The position numbers and the translations under genes are program-made. Source: Gemmatimonadota bacterium (GTDB taxonomy: Bacteria > Gemmatimonadota > Gemmatimonadetes > Gemmatimonadales > GWC2-71-9). From it: DNA of 37,579 nucleotides. Of this stretch, positions 1 to 10,171 are shown piece after piece. Within the stretch, counting starts at the first letter, position 1; every line of letters begins with the position of its first letter. The notes under the pieces were generated by a model that was not told where the DNA came from, searched no databases, and saw only the letters and a list, made by a program, of their open reading frames with translations. The stretch lies in NCBI GenBank assembly GCA_036679645.1, contig JAZDCY010000030.1, positions 1-37,579 of the forward strand, given 5' to 3'.

Positions 1-741
1 TACCTGTATGTCTCGTCCATCTCGGTCTTCTCGGATTTCAGTGCCGTCGGTATGGACGAGAGTGGACCGCTGGCCACGCTCGAGGATCCCACGGCCGAAG
101 AAATAACCGGCCAGACCTACGGCGGCATGAAGGCGTTGTCGGAGCGGGAAGCGCAAAGCGCGTTTCCAGACCGCGCCATCGTGGTGCGGCCAGGACTGAT
201 TGTCGGACCCCGCGACCCTACCGGACGCTTCACATATTGGCCGGTGCGCATCTTCCAGGGCGGCGAGGTGCTCGCCCCAGGGAATCACACCGATCCGGTG
301 CAGTTTGTCGATGCGCGTGACCTGGCTCAGTGGATGGTGCGGTTGCTCGAAGAGGAGCGGAGCGGTGTGTATAACGCTACCGGTCCCGGGTCGCCGCTCA
401 CGATCGCCGAGATGCTCTATGGGATCCGGGCGGCCACCTCGGCAGATGTTTCCTTCACGTGGGTGCCGGCCAGTTTTCTAGCGGAACATGAGGTCCGGGG
501 CTGGCAGCACATGCCGGTGTGGATGCCGCCTAGCGACGAGATGGCGGGGTTTGCGCGTATCGACTGTTCGAAGGCAATTGCGGACGGACTTACTTTCCGG
601 CCGCTGGCCGACACGGCGCGTGATACCGGGACGTGGTACGACGCGTTACCGGCGGAACAGCAGAACGTACCGGGCAACTTTGGGGTTGCGACGGAGCGCG
701 AGACAGAAGTCCTGACGGCGTGGCACGCACGGGAGGGCTGA
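1..741 (+). CDS. NAD-dependent epimerase/dehydratase (atypical SDR, isoflavone-reductase-like), 5' partial
   Basis: Frame open from base 1 (YLYVSSISVF...); YGGMK (YxxxK), VRPGLIVGP, QFVDARDLA, GVYNATGP motifs. Confidence 0.85.
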   Translation, partial: YLYVSSISVFSDFSAVGMDESGPLATLEDPTAEEITGQTYGGMKALSEREAQSAFPDRAIVVRPGLIVGPRDPTGRFTYWPVRIFQGGEVLAPGNHTDPVQFVDARDLAQWMVRLLEEERSGVYNATGPGSPLTIAEMLYGIRAATSADVSFTWVPASFLAEHEVRGWQHMPVWMPPSDEMAGFARIDCSKAIADGLTFRPLADTARDTGTWYDALPAEQQNVPGNFGVATERETEVLTAWHAREG

Positions 742-755
742 CCCGCTGAACGGAC

Positions 756-2036
756 TCAGGACGCTACCGGTATGGGACTGCGGCCGGCCTTCTCCTCCTG
801 CAGCGGTCCGAGCCTTAGACCCAGGATGACCCACACCGCCGCGACCGGCGCCGCGACCAGCGCGATCGCACCAATGGAGAGTCCAACAGCGGAGAGCCCG
901 GCGTAGACCCAGCCATTCACCAGATCGCCCCCCCGGTAGACGGCGGCATCGATGAACGCCTTCGATTTGTACTTCTCCTCACGGCTTACAACGGTGAAGA
1001 GCACCTCGCGCGCGGGTTTCGTGATCCCGTAGCGGCCGGCACGGTATGCCACCTGGAGCACTACCAGCACAGCGAGCAGCGGGTAGATCCCCAGGCCCAG
1101 AAAACCGATGACCGCCGCCGCTGGCACGAGTGCCAGGGTGATCCCAATACCCGCGAGACGGATGATATGGGCAGTGAGATACACCTGGAACAGCAGCGTC
1201 AGGGCGTTCGCCCAAAGATCGATCGTGGCGTAGAACGCAGTCCGCTCGGCGCGATCGGTGAACGCCTCGCCTATCAGATGCGCCTGTTGGAAGTAGAGGA
1301 TGGTCGACGCGAACGTCATGAGCGCAATGAATGCGGCGATGCTCATCAGGTAGCGCGATCGAAACACGATCTTGATGCCGGAAAACGCGCTCCCGCCCAC
1401 TGGCTGATTGGCTTCCGCGGCGCCGTCGTGCTGGTCACCCAAGCGGCGATGTAGATGGCCGACGACCCACGAGGCAATCTCGAGCGGGACGCACGCCACG
1501 AGCAGGAGGGTGAAGTCGGGAAGGACCTCGACCAACGATGCGGTCGTCGCCGATCCGAAGATGCCGCCAAGTGAACTGCCCACCGCAATGAATCCGAACA
1601 GTCGTTTTCCCTGCTCGTTGCGGAAGCAATCGGCCATGAACCCCCAAAAGACGGTCACGACGAACAGCGCGAACACGCTGGCCCACACGTAGAACACCCG
1701 GTCGATCCACGGACGCGCTGTTTCGGGCAGTATTACAAGAGCCGCGTAGAACAAAATGAGGTTGATGATGAAGAACCGGTTCGCCAGCGGAACGAACACA
1801 CCACGCGGAAAGCGGGAGACCGTCCAGGAGTACGCCGACACCGCCATGAGCGTGACGAAGAAGACGGCGGTCCAGAGGACTTGCAGATTCCCCCGGTCCG
1901 CCGAGCTGATCTCGTCACGCACGGCCCTCAGGATGTAGTACGAGAAAAGGATGGCAAAGCCGTACGCTGTGGCCCACAGCATCGCAGCGATCTCGTCGTC
2001 CCTAACCGGCACGACGCGTTTGATGCGCGCTTTCAC
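756..2036 (-). CDS. MFS transporter, NTP/NDP exchange (AAA/Npt-like) family
   Basis: About 12 hydrophobic segments; YYILRAVRD, FWGFMAD..QGKRLFG, KPAREVLFTVV..KYKSK..ID..VYRGGD motifs typical of this family. Confidence 0.8.
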   Translation of the reverse strand: MKARIKRVVPVRDDEIAAMLWATAYGFAILFSYYILRAVRDEISSADRGNLQVLWTAVFFVTLMAVSAYSWTVSRFPRGVFVPLANRFFIINLILFYAALVILPETARPWIDRVFYVWASVFALFVVTVFWGFMADCFRNEQGKRLFGFIAVGSSLGGIFGSATTASLVEVLPDFTLLLVACVPLEIASWVVGHLHRRLGDQHDGAAEANQPVGGSAFSGIKIVFRSRYLMSIAAFIALMTFASTILYFQQAHLIGEAFTDRAERTAFYATIDLWANALTLLFQVYLTAHIIRLAGIGITLALVPAAAVIGFLGLGIYPLLAVLVVLQVAYRAGRYGITKPAREVLFTVVSREEKYKSKAFIDAAVYRGGDLVNGWVYAGLSAVGLSIGAIALVAAPVAAVWVILGLRLGPLQEEKAGRSPIPVAS

Positions 2037-2090
2037 GATGCGCGATCCTGCTCGCTACTCACGGTGCAGCGCGCGTTCACCACGCGCCCG

Positions 2091-2612
2091 TCAACGCTTC
2101 TGGTTGCGGCGCTCTAGGCCCGCGGAGAGAGACTCGCCCGCCGCTTGCATCCCTTCCGCAAAGCCCTCCACTACCTGACCCATGGCCTCACCCATGGCGC
2201 GCCCCATACCCTCCGCCACCTCTTCCAGGGTGGTGCCGAGGAGCGCTCGCGTCATCTCGCTCGTCGTGCGATCGAGATCGACCAGCCACTCGCCATCTTC
2301 CCTTGCGAGTACGGTCGAGAAGCTGATCTCCATGTCGTTCTCGCCCAGACCGTACAGCGTCGTCGCTACTGTTGCTTCGTCACCGTCCACCTCCGCATCG
2401 CCAAGCGAGAAATCACCGATTCCCGTGCCGCCCTCACCCGGCTCCTTGATCTCCGCCGAGCCAGATGGGAGTACGAGCTCGCGCGCGCGCTCGACATCGC
2501 CCTGCTGGCTCGCGAGCCAGAACGCTTCCGCCGTCTCCGCGGGGTCTTCGAGAAGGAAGCTGCATGCCCCTGCGAACATGAGCAGGGAAACGGAAAGCAA
2601 TGCTCGGCGCAT
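2091..2612 (-). CDS. Putative lipoprotein (DUF4878-like) with a G/M/A-rich C-terminal helix
   Basis: ATG 2612 with GGAG SD; signal peptide ending FAGA-C lipobox; EDGEWLVD motif. Confidence 0.6.
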   Translation of the reverse strand: MRRALLSVSLLMFAGACSFLLEDPAETAEAFWLASQQGDVERARELVLPSGSAEIKEPGEGGTGIGDFSLGDAEVDGDEATVATTLYGLGENDMEISFSTVLAREDGEWLVDLDRTTSEMTRALLGTTLEEVAEGMGRAMGEAMGQVVEGFAEGMQAAGESLSAGLERRNQKR

Positions 2613-2734
2613 GAGAGGCTCTCCCTGAGGAATGAGGGTACCGCTCGTGCAGAGCACGAGCGGATGGTGGGGAAGTTAATGACGTGTGAGCAACCGCGGC
2701 ACGGTGGCTAGTCTTTCCGAGTCATGCGGATGCA

Positions 2735-3043
2735 TCAGCGCGTTGGGGTACGGCTGAAAGAATGTCTGGGTGGCGAGAGCCCGGCGCCGTTTCTCCGGGG
2801 CTCTCCATGCTCCGCATGGATCTTGGTGTCCCGGATGCCGCAGGAGGGTGATCGGCTCTTCAGGATGAAGCCGTCAACGTTTGGCAAGCCGTCGAGGAAG
2901 GTCCTGGGGCACACTGGGCGTAATCTCACATGCTTCTGCAACAGCGAGATGAATGGGGTGCGGATTCGTTTGCCGTCGTAGCGGCATGCCGCCAATTCGA
3001 GGCACTTGCTCGCGACCACGACCGGTTTGGGATAGGCGCGCAC
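2735..3043 (-). pseudogene. DUF523 (YbbK / thiouracil desulfurase TudS-like) protein, internally deleted and frameshifted
   Basis: SKCL..CRYDG and PVCP are fused directly to FLDGL..DGFILKSRSPSCG, so the conserved E..GLG.PR segment is missing; frame lost after NGAGL (~2775). Confidence 0.75.
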
Positions 3044-3053
3044 TAAACGTTCT

Positions 3054-4037
3054 TCAAGCGACCGCGCAGAACTCTTCCGGCTCATCGCGTCCTGCTCTCC
3101 GCAGCGATGCTCTTATCTCCTCCCGCGCTCCAGGTGACCCCACGGCGGCGACCACGTATGCCGCACGATACTCGCCGATCGCCGATGGGTGAATCACGGG
3201 AGCACCGTGGATGATCTCGCCAATCTTCCGTGGATCGAGATCGACGAACGCCACGACGGTGTGATCTTCGCGTTGCAACGCACGGGCGAAAGCCTTGCCG
3301 ACGGGTCCAGCTCCCCAGACCACGACAGAGCGGCCTGCTGTACGGCTCCTGAGGTAATGTGCCTTGCACGCGCGGAACGCATCTTCCGAGTACCGGCTGT
3401 CGGTTCGCGACAGTCGGTCAGGACCTTCGCGCCAGTCCAGCAGCACGTCCGGGACCTTGCCGAAGAGGTAGTCGGATTCCCAGAAGCGCAATAGCAGATC
3501 GTAGTCTTCGGGCCACCCGTTGTCCCGGTATTCCCCGACCGCGTCGAACGCAGCCTTGCGCATGACGAGCGTCGGATGCGGGATGGGGCACTCGACGAAC
3601 AGATCACGTTCGATGTCGTCAGCCGTTACCACGCTGTTGATCCACCGCTCGTAGCGGAGTGCACCATCCTTCAACCGTGCACGTGGCATGTAACGGATGC
3701 GGGACCCGCATGCTACGAGATCTCGATGGCTGTCGAGGAACGCGAGTTGTCGCTCGAGTCGCTGCGGCGCCGCAATGTCGTCGGCGTCCATGCGGGCGAG
3801 CACGTCGCCTTGCGCGCACTCAGCGGCCGTGTTGAGCGCCGCTACTATCCCCTTTGGAGGCGTAGAGACTGCGTTGATGCGGCTGTCGCGCCTGGCCCAC
3901 TCAGCTAGGATCGACGGCGTGTCGTCACTTGACCCATCGTCCACCGCGATGAGTTCGAAATCCGATAGCGTTTGCCGTGCAATGGAGGCAAGTGCCTCAT
4001 CCAGTGTGGCTGCGGCGTTCCGACACGGAAGCAGCAC
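3054..4037 (-). CDS. Glycosyltransferase family 2 with a C-terminal Rossmann-like domain; true start uncertain
   Basis: (PRIS)VLLPCRN, VDDGSSD, ARMDADD, HPT, EDYDL, WGAGPVG motifs. Confidence 0.85.
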   Translation of the reverse strand: MLLPCRNAAATLDEALASIARQTLSDFELIAVDDGSSDDTPSILAEWARRDSRINAVSTPPKGIVAALNTAAECAQGDVLARMDADDIAAPQRLERQLAFLDSHRDLVACGSRIRYMPRARLKDGALRYERWINSVVTADDIERDLFVECPIPHPTLVMRKAAFDAVGEYRDNGWPEDYDLLLRFWESDYLFGKVPDVLLDWREGPDRLSRTDSRYSEDAFRACKAHYLRSRTAGRSVVVWGAGPVGKAFARALQREDHTVVAFVDLDPRKIGEIIHGAPVIHPSAIGEYRAAYVVAAVGSPGAREEIRASLRRAGRDEPEEFCAVA

Positions 4038-4307
4038 CGATATCCGTGGCGGCGAGGACCTACCGTGCCTTTAGCTGCAACGAGACGATCAGTGCCACAC
4101 TGGATTCCGGAGCATCTCGTCGAGGTTGATCCGTAGTGCCGTCATTGTACGTCACCTCGCGGGTACGGTGTCACATCGATGCGGATTCTCGAGGTTCTTC
4201 ATTGTTGTAGGGAGACGAAAGGTGCGCACGTTGCGTTCGGAGCGCAACGCTCTTTGATGCGGGCATGCTGTTGCGGTGAACGGAGAGGATACACGATCCT
4301 CGCTCGC

Positions 4308-6671
4308 TTACACCCCCGGCACCCCGATCCGGAACTCGAAGCGCCGCGTTCCATGGTTAGACAACTGCCAACTGAAGAACGCCCCGAAATTGAACGGTGA
4401 GATCCACGGCGTGAGATTGGCGAGTCCAAACCCCAGTTCCGTGTAGGCGCTGGGTGCCGTTGGAATGAGGGCGTTTGCATCCGGTGGCCGGGTGCGACGA
4501 AAATCGGTCCAGAACACGCCGCCGTGGATTAGCAGCGTGAACGGCAGCCTGTCGAGCAAGGGTAAACGGCGAAAGACCAGGCGGTCAAAATCGTGGTTGA
4601 CGACGACGCTGGCGACGCGGTCGCCCGCGAAATTCACCTCGTTCAACGTGTTGAAAACGCCACTCTCGAAGAACGCCCCGCGCCCGAAATCCATCGTGAA
4701 GTATCGTTGTGGCGGGAGGTTGCCCCACCCGATCCCTCCGTATGCGGTCACCCTCGTCAACCCGAACCCCAGCGTCTGCTGCTGCCGGTGGATGCGGAGA
4801 CCGGCGCGCCGGTACCGAAAATCGCTGGCGACGAACGACGGGTCCGAGATCTCGAACTCGCCGGTGATCCTCGTGTATCTCAGGAGTCTAAGACGAAAGT
4901 CACGGCGTTTGCTCTTGAGCAGGGGGCGGGAATCGTAGGTCAAAGAGGCGGTGAACGACCTCAGTCGACCGTCCGATACCGGCAGGTTGATTCGCGCCGC
5001 CCCGTCGCGTTCGAATAACGAATAGCTGGAGACGCGCTCGATGGAGGTGTGCCTCACGTCGCGAAACACGAGTCCCACCGTCGTGAAATTCACGAGTTTG
5101 GAACCCACCGTCAATCGGTACCCGCGTTCACGGTAGTAGTCCAGCGGATCCAGACGTGCGATCAACGCCAGATAGGTCGGATTGTACCGGCCCGAAACGA
5201 GTGTGGGACGGTTGACGATTTGGTCGTGCACGTAGGCGCCGAGCCAGAATCGTCGCCGTTCGCTCAACCGGTAGCGACCGCCGAACTCGTATTGCCACTG
5301 CTTTGTGCCGGTTGCGTACCCCAGCTTCGTGCGCACGACCAGATCGGGTGACCAATCCCGCCACGTCCGCCCCGCCCCGACATAGCTACCCTCGATCCGA
5401 TTGTAGTGGAAGAAATCGTGATTGGTCGTCGCGAGTATCGCCCATCCCAACCCGGTCCCCACATAGCTGCCAACGGAGGCCGGCTGGTTCTCGACCGAGT
5501 CGATGCGAACGTACGCGGCCTGCTCTACCGCCTCGAGCGGATTGGGCCGCGCGGCTTCCCATGTGGCACTATCCGCATCGTCCGCACCCTCGGCAACGAT
5601 GATGAGAAACTCGCCGATATCAGCCGGTGCGTTCCCCTCGTCGAATCGAAAATCGCTGAGCGTCGCAATGTGGTCGAACGCGATCCGTCGGGGCAATCCG
5701 GGGATCGGCACGCCGAAATGAACGTCGCCGGTGAACATGATCTCGAATGGCATCCATCGATCATCTCCATGATCACGCATGCGTTGTCGGTATCGGAGGT
5801 TCTCGAGGAATTCTATTCGGACCGCGTCGTTGAATCCGACATCGATGGCTATGACATCCCATGTCGAATCGGCGACATCGACGAGACCCACGAATAACGG
5901 GGCGTCGTCGGACTTGGGTTGGATCGCGAGCCGGAAAATTGTGGTCTCGTCGCGCATGAGCGTGTCGAGCAAATAGTACTCGTAGTGATCGAGGGCATCG
6001 TCGGCGGTGGGCGAGACAATGGAGTACTTGCCCAGTTCTATGCGATCACGGTTGAAGTTCACGATCTGGCCAACGGAAACGAGATTGTTTTCCGCGTCGA
6101 TGTTCCGTGATTGCCTCCGCGCGACGATCGTTTCCTGATACCGGTCCGGTTTTTCCCAGTAGGCAGCGGTCTGCGTCTCGGTGAGCAGGAGCACCGCGTC
6201 TGCGGAGTCGCGTGCTTTGGCGGCATCGCGGATGACGAGCTTCACGTATGCCGTGTATCGATAGTCGGTGATCCGGTCGAGCAGATCGTTCTTCCGCGCG
6301 ATGGCCGCTCGAATGATGCGGGTGGCCGCGTCCTCGGCCTCACCCGTCACGACCAGGGGATCGAGCCCCACTGGCAGCGGCTCGAGATACAGGTCCTGGA
6401 CGATTGCCGAGTCTCCCACTACGATCGCTACCGACCCCATGCGGTAACCGATCCTCCGCACTTCCAGCGTATGTGAACCGTACGGCAACACCACGCGAAA
6501 ACGGCCGGCGCCGTTTGCCAGCGTCGTCGTATCGATCCCCGGCACTCGAATGACCGCGTGCGCAACGGGGCGGCCCGATACCGTGTTGTACACCGTCCCT
6601 GTGACCGACACCTGTGCCGCCAAGGTCACGGGCAGAAATACGCAGATAGCGAACCAACGCAGAACCTGCAT
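4308..6671 (-). CDS. Outer-membrane protein: carboxypeptidase-regulatory-like domain + DUF5686-type beta-barrel
   Basis: Signal peptide MQVLRWFAICVFLPVTLAA; VTGTV..GRF..RRIGY N-domain; YNRIEG, YTELGFGLANL and aromatic alternating C-terminus. Confidence 0.75.
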   Translation of the reverse strand: MQVLRWFAICVFLPVTLAAQVSVTGTVYNTVSGRPVAHAVIRVPGIDTTTLANGAGRFRVVLPYGSHTLEVRRIGYRMGSVAIVVGDSAIVQDLYLEPLPVGLDPLVVTGEAEDAATRIIRAAIARKNDLLDRITDYRYTAYVKLVIRDAAKARDSADAVLLLTETQTAAYWEKPDRYQETIVARRQSRNIDAENNLVSVGQIVNFNRDRIELGKYSIVSPTADDALDHYEYYLLDTLMRDETTIFRLAIQPKSDDAPLFVGLVDVADSTWDVIAIDVGFNDAVRIEFLENLRYRQRMRDHGDDRWMPFEIMFTGDVHFGVPIPGLPRRIAFDHIATLSDFRFDEGNAPADIGEFLIIVAEGADDADSATWEAARPNPLEAVEQAAYVRIDSVENQPASVGSYVGTGLGWAILATTNHDFFHYNRIEGSYVGAGRTWRDWSPDLVVRTKLGYATGTKQWQYEFGGRYRLSERRRFWLGAYVHDQIVNRPTLVSGRYNPTYLALIARLDPLDYYRERGYRLTVGSKLVNFTTVGLVFRDVRHTSIERVSSYSLFERDGAARINLPVSDGRLRSFTASLTYDSRPLLKSKRRDFRLRLLRYTRITGEFEISDPSFVASDFRYRRAGLRIHRQQQTLGFGLTRVTAYGGIGWGNLPPQRYFTMDFGRGAFFESGVFNTLNEVNFAGDRVASVVVNHDFDRLVFRRLPLLDRLPFTLLIHGGVFWTDFRRTRPPDANALIPTAPSAYTELGFGLANLTPWISPFNFGAFFSWQLSNHGTRRFEFRIGVPGV

Positions 6672-6789
6672 GGTGCCTTCTACGCGCCAGGGGCCAGGGA
6701 GTTTCGCCCCCGGGTCTCCGGCGGAGGTGGAGAAGGTGGGGTGGTAGGCGCACCGTGACTGGACAACACTGCGCTGGTCGCTACAGCTT

Positions 6790-7131
6790 GTGGGCGTGAC
6801 TCGTTTCGCAGCGGCCATCGTCGTCGTCATTGGTATCCCCGCGGCGTGTGCCCCGGCCCCCGCGGGGTTGTCGGATGCCCATGCTGCGGCCATCCGGGAC
6901 AGCGTCGAGGCCGTACTGGAGGTCCACAGACAGCTGAGCGCCGTGCAGGCCTGGGACTCGGTCGCCGCACTCTATGCGGACGACTCGCGTTTCCGCTGGG
7001 TCGAGGACGGGGCAGTCAGGTACCGCTCGGCGGCGGAGATCCGGCGCGCTTTCGCGGCCTTACCCCCGAGCGTGCAGGTGCAGACGACGTACCACGATAC
7101 CGAGATTGTGGCCGTGGCTGGCGCTTCTTGA
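6790..7131 (+). pseudogene. SnoaL/NTF2-like lipoprotein, apparently 3'-truncated
   Basis: Lipobox (PAAC); AAIRDSV..WDSVAALYADD..FRWVEDG; stops after about two-thirds of the expected fold. Confidence 0.5.
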
Positions 7132-7278
7132 ACGGACATACCTCGTCACCTAAGGGCCGAGCGCCGTAGGCGTGATCATTGATCCTTCGCGTGCTGGGAG
7201 GTCAATGCCATCAATCAGTTGTATGATGCCGTGACTCCCCGGAGTTCCCGCCCGCCCTTCCAATCGGAGATCGATCCT

Positions 7279-8931
7279 ATGCTGCAGCGACTTTCTTTAG
7301 CCACGGTCTTCGTCTTTGCGGCTGTGTGCGCCCCGATCGAACTGGCCGCCCAGTCGTCAGACCTGGCCGCCTTCGTGGACTCGATCGCGTCTGAACACAT
7401 CGAGGCCGGCAACCTTGCGGGAATGGGTGTTGCAGTGGTTCAGGGGTCGGACACGCTGCTTCTACGTGCCTATGGGCAGGCCGATCTCGAGTGGGACGTG
7501 CCCATGGCCGAGGACGCGATCTACGAGATCGGGTCAGTGACCAAACAGTTCACGGCCGCGGCGGTGCTCATGCTGTGGGAGCAGGGGAAGATCGACCTGG
7601 ATGCGGATGTGACCGCGTACTTGCCCGACTTCGACACGCAGGGCCACACGGTCCCGGTGCGGCGGCTGCTCGATCACACGTCGGGCATCAAGGGATATAC
7701 CGAGATGCCGGTGTTCGGCACCATCGTCACGCAGGCGCTTCCCAGGGACACGTTGGTGGCGTTGGTAGGTGCGGAACCGTTCGATGTCGAACCCGGTACG
7801 GCAGAGATCTACAACAACTCGGCGTTCTTTCTGCTCGGGCTCATCATCGAAGAGGTCTCGGGCCAGTCGTACGGGGACTTCCTCGAGGAGCACGTCTTTC
7901 CCAAAGCGGCGATGGACCATTCATCCTATTGCAGTAATGCGACCGTGGTCGAGCGACGTGCCCACGGATATCAGGTTTCGTCGAACGGGCTACGACGGGC
8001 CGCCTACCTCGATCACACGTGGCCCTTCGCCGCGGGCTCGCTGTGCTCGACAGTCGGAGACATGATCTCCTGGAACCGGTCCCTGCACGGTGGTGACGTG
8101 CTGGGTGAGGAGGCCTACCGGCTCATGGTCACGCCGGAGCCGCTCCTGGACGGCACGCCGATCCGATACGCAAAAGGGATCGCCCGGTACACGGGGCCCG
8201 GCGGCCGGATCATCGGGCATGGCGGCGCGATCAACGGCTTCCGTGCGGACTCCCGCTACTACCCCGAGGAGGACGCCATCATTGTCGTGTTGCTGAACAC
8301 CAGCGGTCCGGCGGATCCGGCGGGAATCTCCGACGCGATCGGCTGGCAGCTCTTCGGTGACGACACCAATCCCGTAGCCGGAACGTATCCGGGTGATCTG
8401 GAAGATCTCGTGGGTGCGTACACCGGGCCGTCACGGGGCCGAACCATGACCGCCAGGGTCGCGATCGACGACGAGGGAGGGCTGACGATCCGAGCTAGTG
8501 GTACGGCGCAGCCGGTGGAGTTCCTCGAGGGAACGACGTTCTTCCGCGGCAACACCCGCTACACCTTTGAGATGCGAGACGGTGCACCCGTGCGCCTTCG
8601 CGTCGACCAGGTGTACGGCCTCTACGTGCTCGATGCCGGGGAGATGGGTGAGCAAGAGGAAACGTCGGTCTCAGAGGCGGTCATGGCGGAGCACGTCGGG
8701 CGTTACGAGCTCACGGCCACCTTCGCCATCGAAGTGACACTCGAAGACGGACGTCTCTTCGTAGAAGCGACGGGTCAGCCGAAGTTCCCCGTCTTCGCCG
8801 ATGGCGACAACGAGTATCACCTCGAAGTGGTCGAGGCGTCGATAACCTTCGTCGTCGAAGGCGGTGAAACGGTCGCCTTGATCTTGCATCAGGGCGGGAG
8901 GGATCAGCAAGCGGAGAAGGTGTCCGGCTAG
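7279..8931 (+). CDS. Serine hydrolase, beta-lactamase class C/AmpC family, with C-terminal DUF3471-like domain(s)
   Basis: GGAGA SD; signal peptide; SVTK (SxxK), LLDHTSG, YNN (YxN), HGG motifs. Confidence 0.88.
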   Translation: MLQRLSLATVFVFAAVCAPIELAAQSSDLAAFVDSIASEHIEAGNLAGMGVAVVQGSDTLLLRAYGQADLEWDVPMAEDAIYEIGSVTKQFTAAAVLMLWEQGKIDLDADVTAYLPDFDTQGHTVPVRRLLDHTSGIKGYTEMPVFGTIVTQALPRDTLVALVGAEPFDVEPGTAEIYNNSAFFLLGLIIEEVSGQSYGDFLEEHVFPKAAMDHSSYCSNATVVERRAHGYQVSSNGLRRAAYLDHTWPFAAGSLCSTVGDMISWNRSLHGGDVLGEEAYRLMVTPEPLLDGTPIRYAKGIARYTGPGGRIIGHGGAINGFRADSRYYPEEDAIIVVLLNTSGPADPAGISDAIGWQLFGDDTNPVAGTYPGDLEDLVGAYTGPSRGRTMTARVAIDDEGGLTIRASGTAQPVEFLEGTTFFRGNTRYTFEMRDGAPVRLRVDQVYGLYVLDAGEMGEQEETSVSEAVMAEHVGRYELTATFAIEVTLEDGRLFVEATGQPKFPVFADGDNEYHLEVVEASITFVVEGGETVALILHQGGRDQQAEKVSG

Positions 8932-8946
8932 TACACCGATCGCCCA

Positions 8947-9507
8947 ATGACGGGCGGCACGCCGCTCTCGTTGGAGCAACGTCAAGAACTCTCTGAAGCG
9001 AACGAGCGCGCGCGAAAGGTCCTCGGGGCCGCCAAGGTCGCGACGTTCAACGGTTGGACGATCGGCATATTCGCGGCCTTTGGTCTGCTCTTTGGCATCT
9101 TCAGTGTGACTGCCCTGGTCATGGGCGTCGGCATGGGCCTCGTTGCACGAAACGAGTTCCGCGGTCGAACGCTCCTACGACAGTTTGATCCTCTGGGTCC
9201 CCGATTGCTGGGTCGAAATCAGCTTGGTTTCATGGGTCTGATCATCGTCTATTCCCTGTGGAGCATGTATCAGACTGTCAGCAATCCCATTACCGAGATA
9301 GCGGGATTGGAGGCGATTGCCGGTTCCGTCGGCGGTCTCGTTACGGAAGTGACGCTGGCGGTGTACGGTGGCGTGATCGTCCTGACGGCGCTGTTCCAGG
9401 GGCTGAACGCCCGATACTACTTTGTGCGCACCCAGCTCGTGGAAGGTTATCTCAGGGAGACCCCTGACTGGATCGTCGAGATTCAGCGATGCACGTCAGC
9501 GTTGTGA
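8947..9507 (+). CDS. Hypothetical integral membrane protein (about 4 TM)
   Basis: 186-aa ORF co-oriented 15 nt after the hydrolase; four hydrophobic stretches. Confidence 0.7.
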   Translation: MTGGTPLSLEQRQELSEANERARKVLGAAKVATFNGWTIGIFAAFGLLFGIFSVTALVMGVGMGLVARNEFRGRTLLRQFDPLGPRLLGRNQLGFMGLIIVYSLWSMYQTVSNPITEIAGLEAIAGSVGGLVTEVTLAVYGGVIVLTALFQGLNARYYFVRTQLVEGYLRETPDWIVEIQRCTSAL

Positions 9508-9510
9508 CCT

Positions 9511-10171
9511 TCATTCACGTTTCGTCGCCTCCTCGACGATCCCGATCTCCTTGTCCGTCAGGCCGGACAACTCGTAGACGAGCTGGTCGATCGTGTGATC
9601 CAGCCTGACGATTTCCCTGTCGATGACGGTCCGGCTGTGGTGAGACCGGAGAGCGGCCCTCCCGCTGCAGGTTTCCAGCATCTTCTTCGCATGTGTATGG
9701 AGGCGTTCCCGTGTCTTGCCTGTTGACGCCAGCCTGCAATCGGGAACAGGGAGCTGCTCGATCTGCGCACCTTTGATCTTCGGGAACGTACTCTTGCCGT
9801 CGGCAAGAGTATCGAGAGCGGCAGCTTGGCGGACCAGGCGTAGCGACGGAGCTGGAACGCGGGATGGATGTCGCCCTTGATGTCGACCGAGGGCTTCTTG
9901 GCCTCGACAAAGAACTTGCGCACGCCGCCGACCCGGAACGCGTAGTCGGGCGCCTTGGTGAGGCCGCCCACCTTCACCGCGTCCTCGTGGACCACGTCCT
10001 TGTACGCCTCGGCGTAGCCCTGCTCGTTGTCCACGTCCCAGCCGAGCGCCGTGAAGAGCGGGTCCAGGACTCACGCCGGAGCTGGGTCTCGTTGTAGCGG
10101 CCGGAGCGATACGCGTCCCGGTGTGTCGCGAACCGGTCGACGAGATCGAGCACTTCGGAGGGTGCGGTCAT
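9511..10171 (-). pseudogene. Type IIG (Eco57I/TaqI-like) restriction-modification enzyme remnant: N-terminal nuclease fused to the extreme C-terminus, methyltransferase core missing
   Basis: YNETQLRRE / (F)LDPLFTALGWDV..PDYAFR..FFVEAKKP..QLRRYAWSAKLPLSIL (PD-ExK nuclease), then in another frame FPKIK..IDQLVYELSGLT.KEI.IVE; 1-nt frameshift near 10069; junction near 9800. Confidence 0.85.
9789..9811. repeat. Perfect inverted repeat TACTCTTGCCG-T-CGGCAAGAGTA at the R-M deletion junction
   Basis: 11-bp arms with a 1-nt loop, read directly. Confidence 0.9.

Noticed and set aside
4229..4249. Hairpin CGTTGCG-N7-CGCAACG as an intrinsic terminator
   Set aside because: No adjacent U-tract on the strand of the upstream (minus) gene; too weak to call.
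7279..8931. Serine hydrolase and the Vgb-like protein (31944-32918) as antibiotic-resistance genes
   Set aside because: Both belong to large families with mostly non-resistance functions; exported, chromosomal, and without mobile context.
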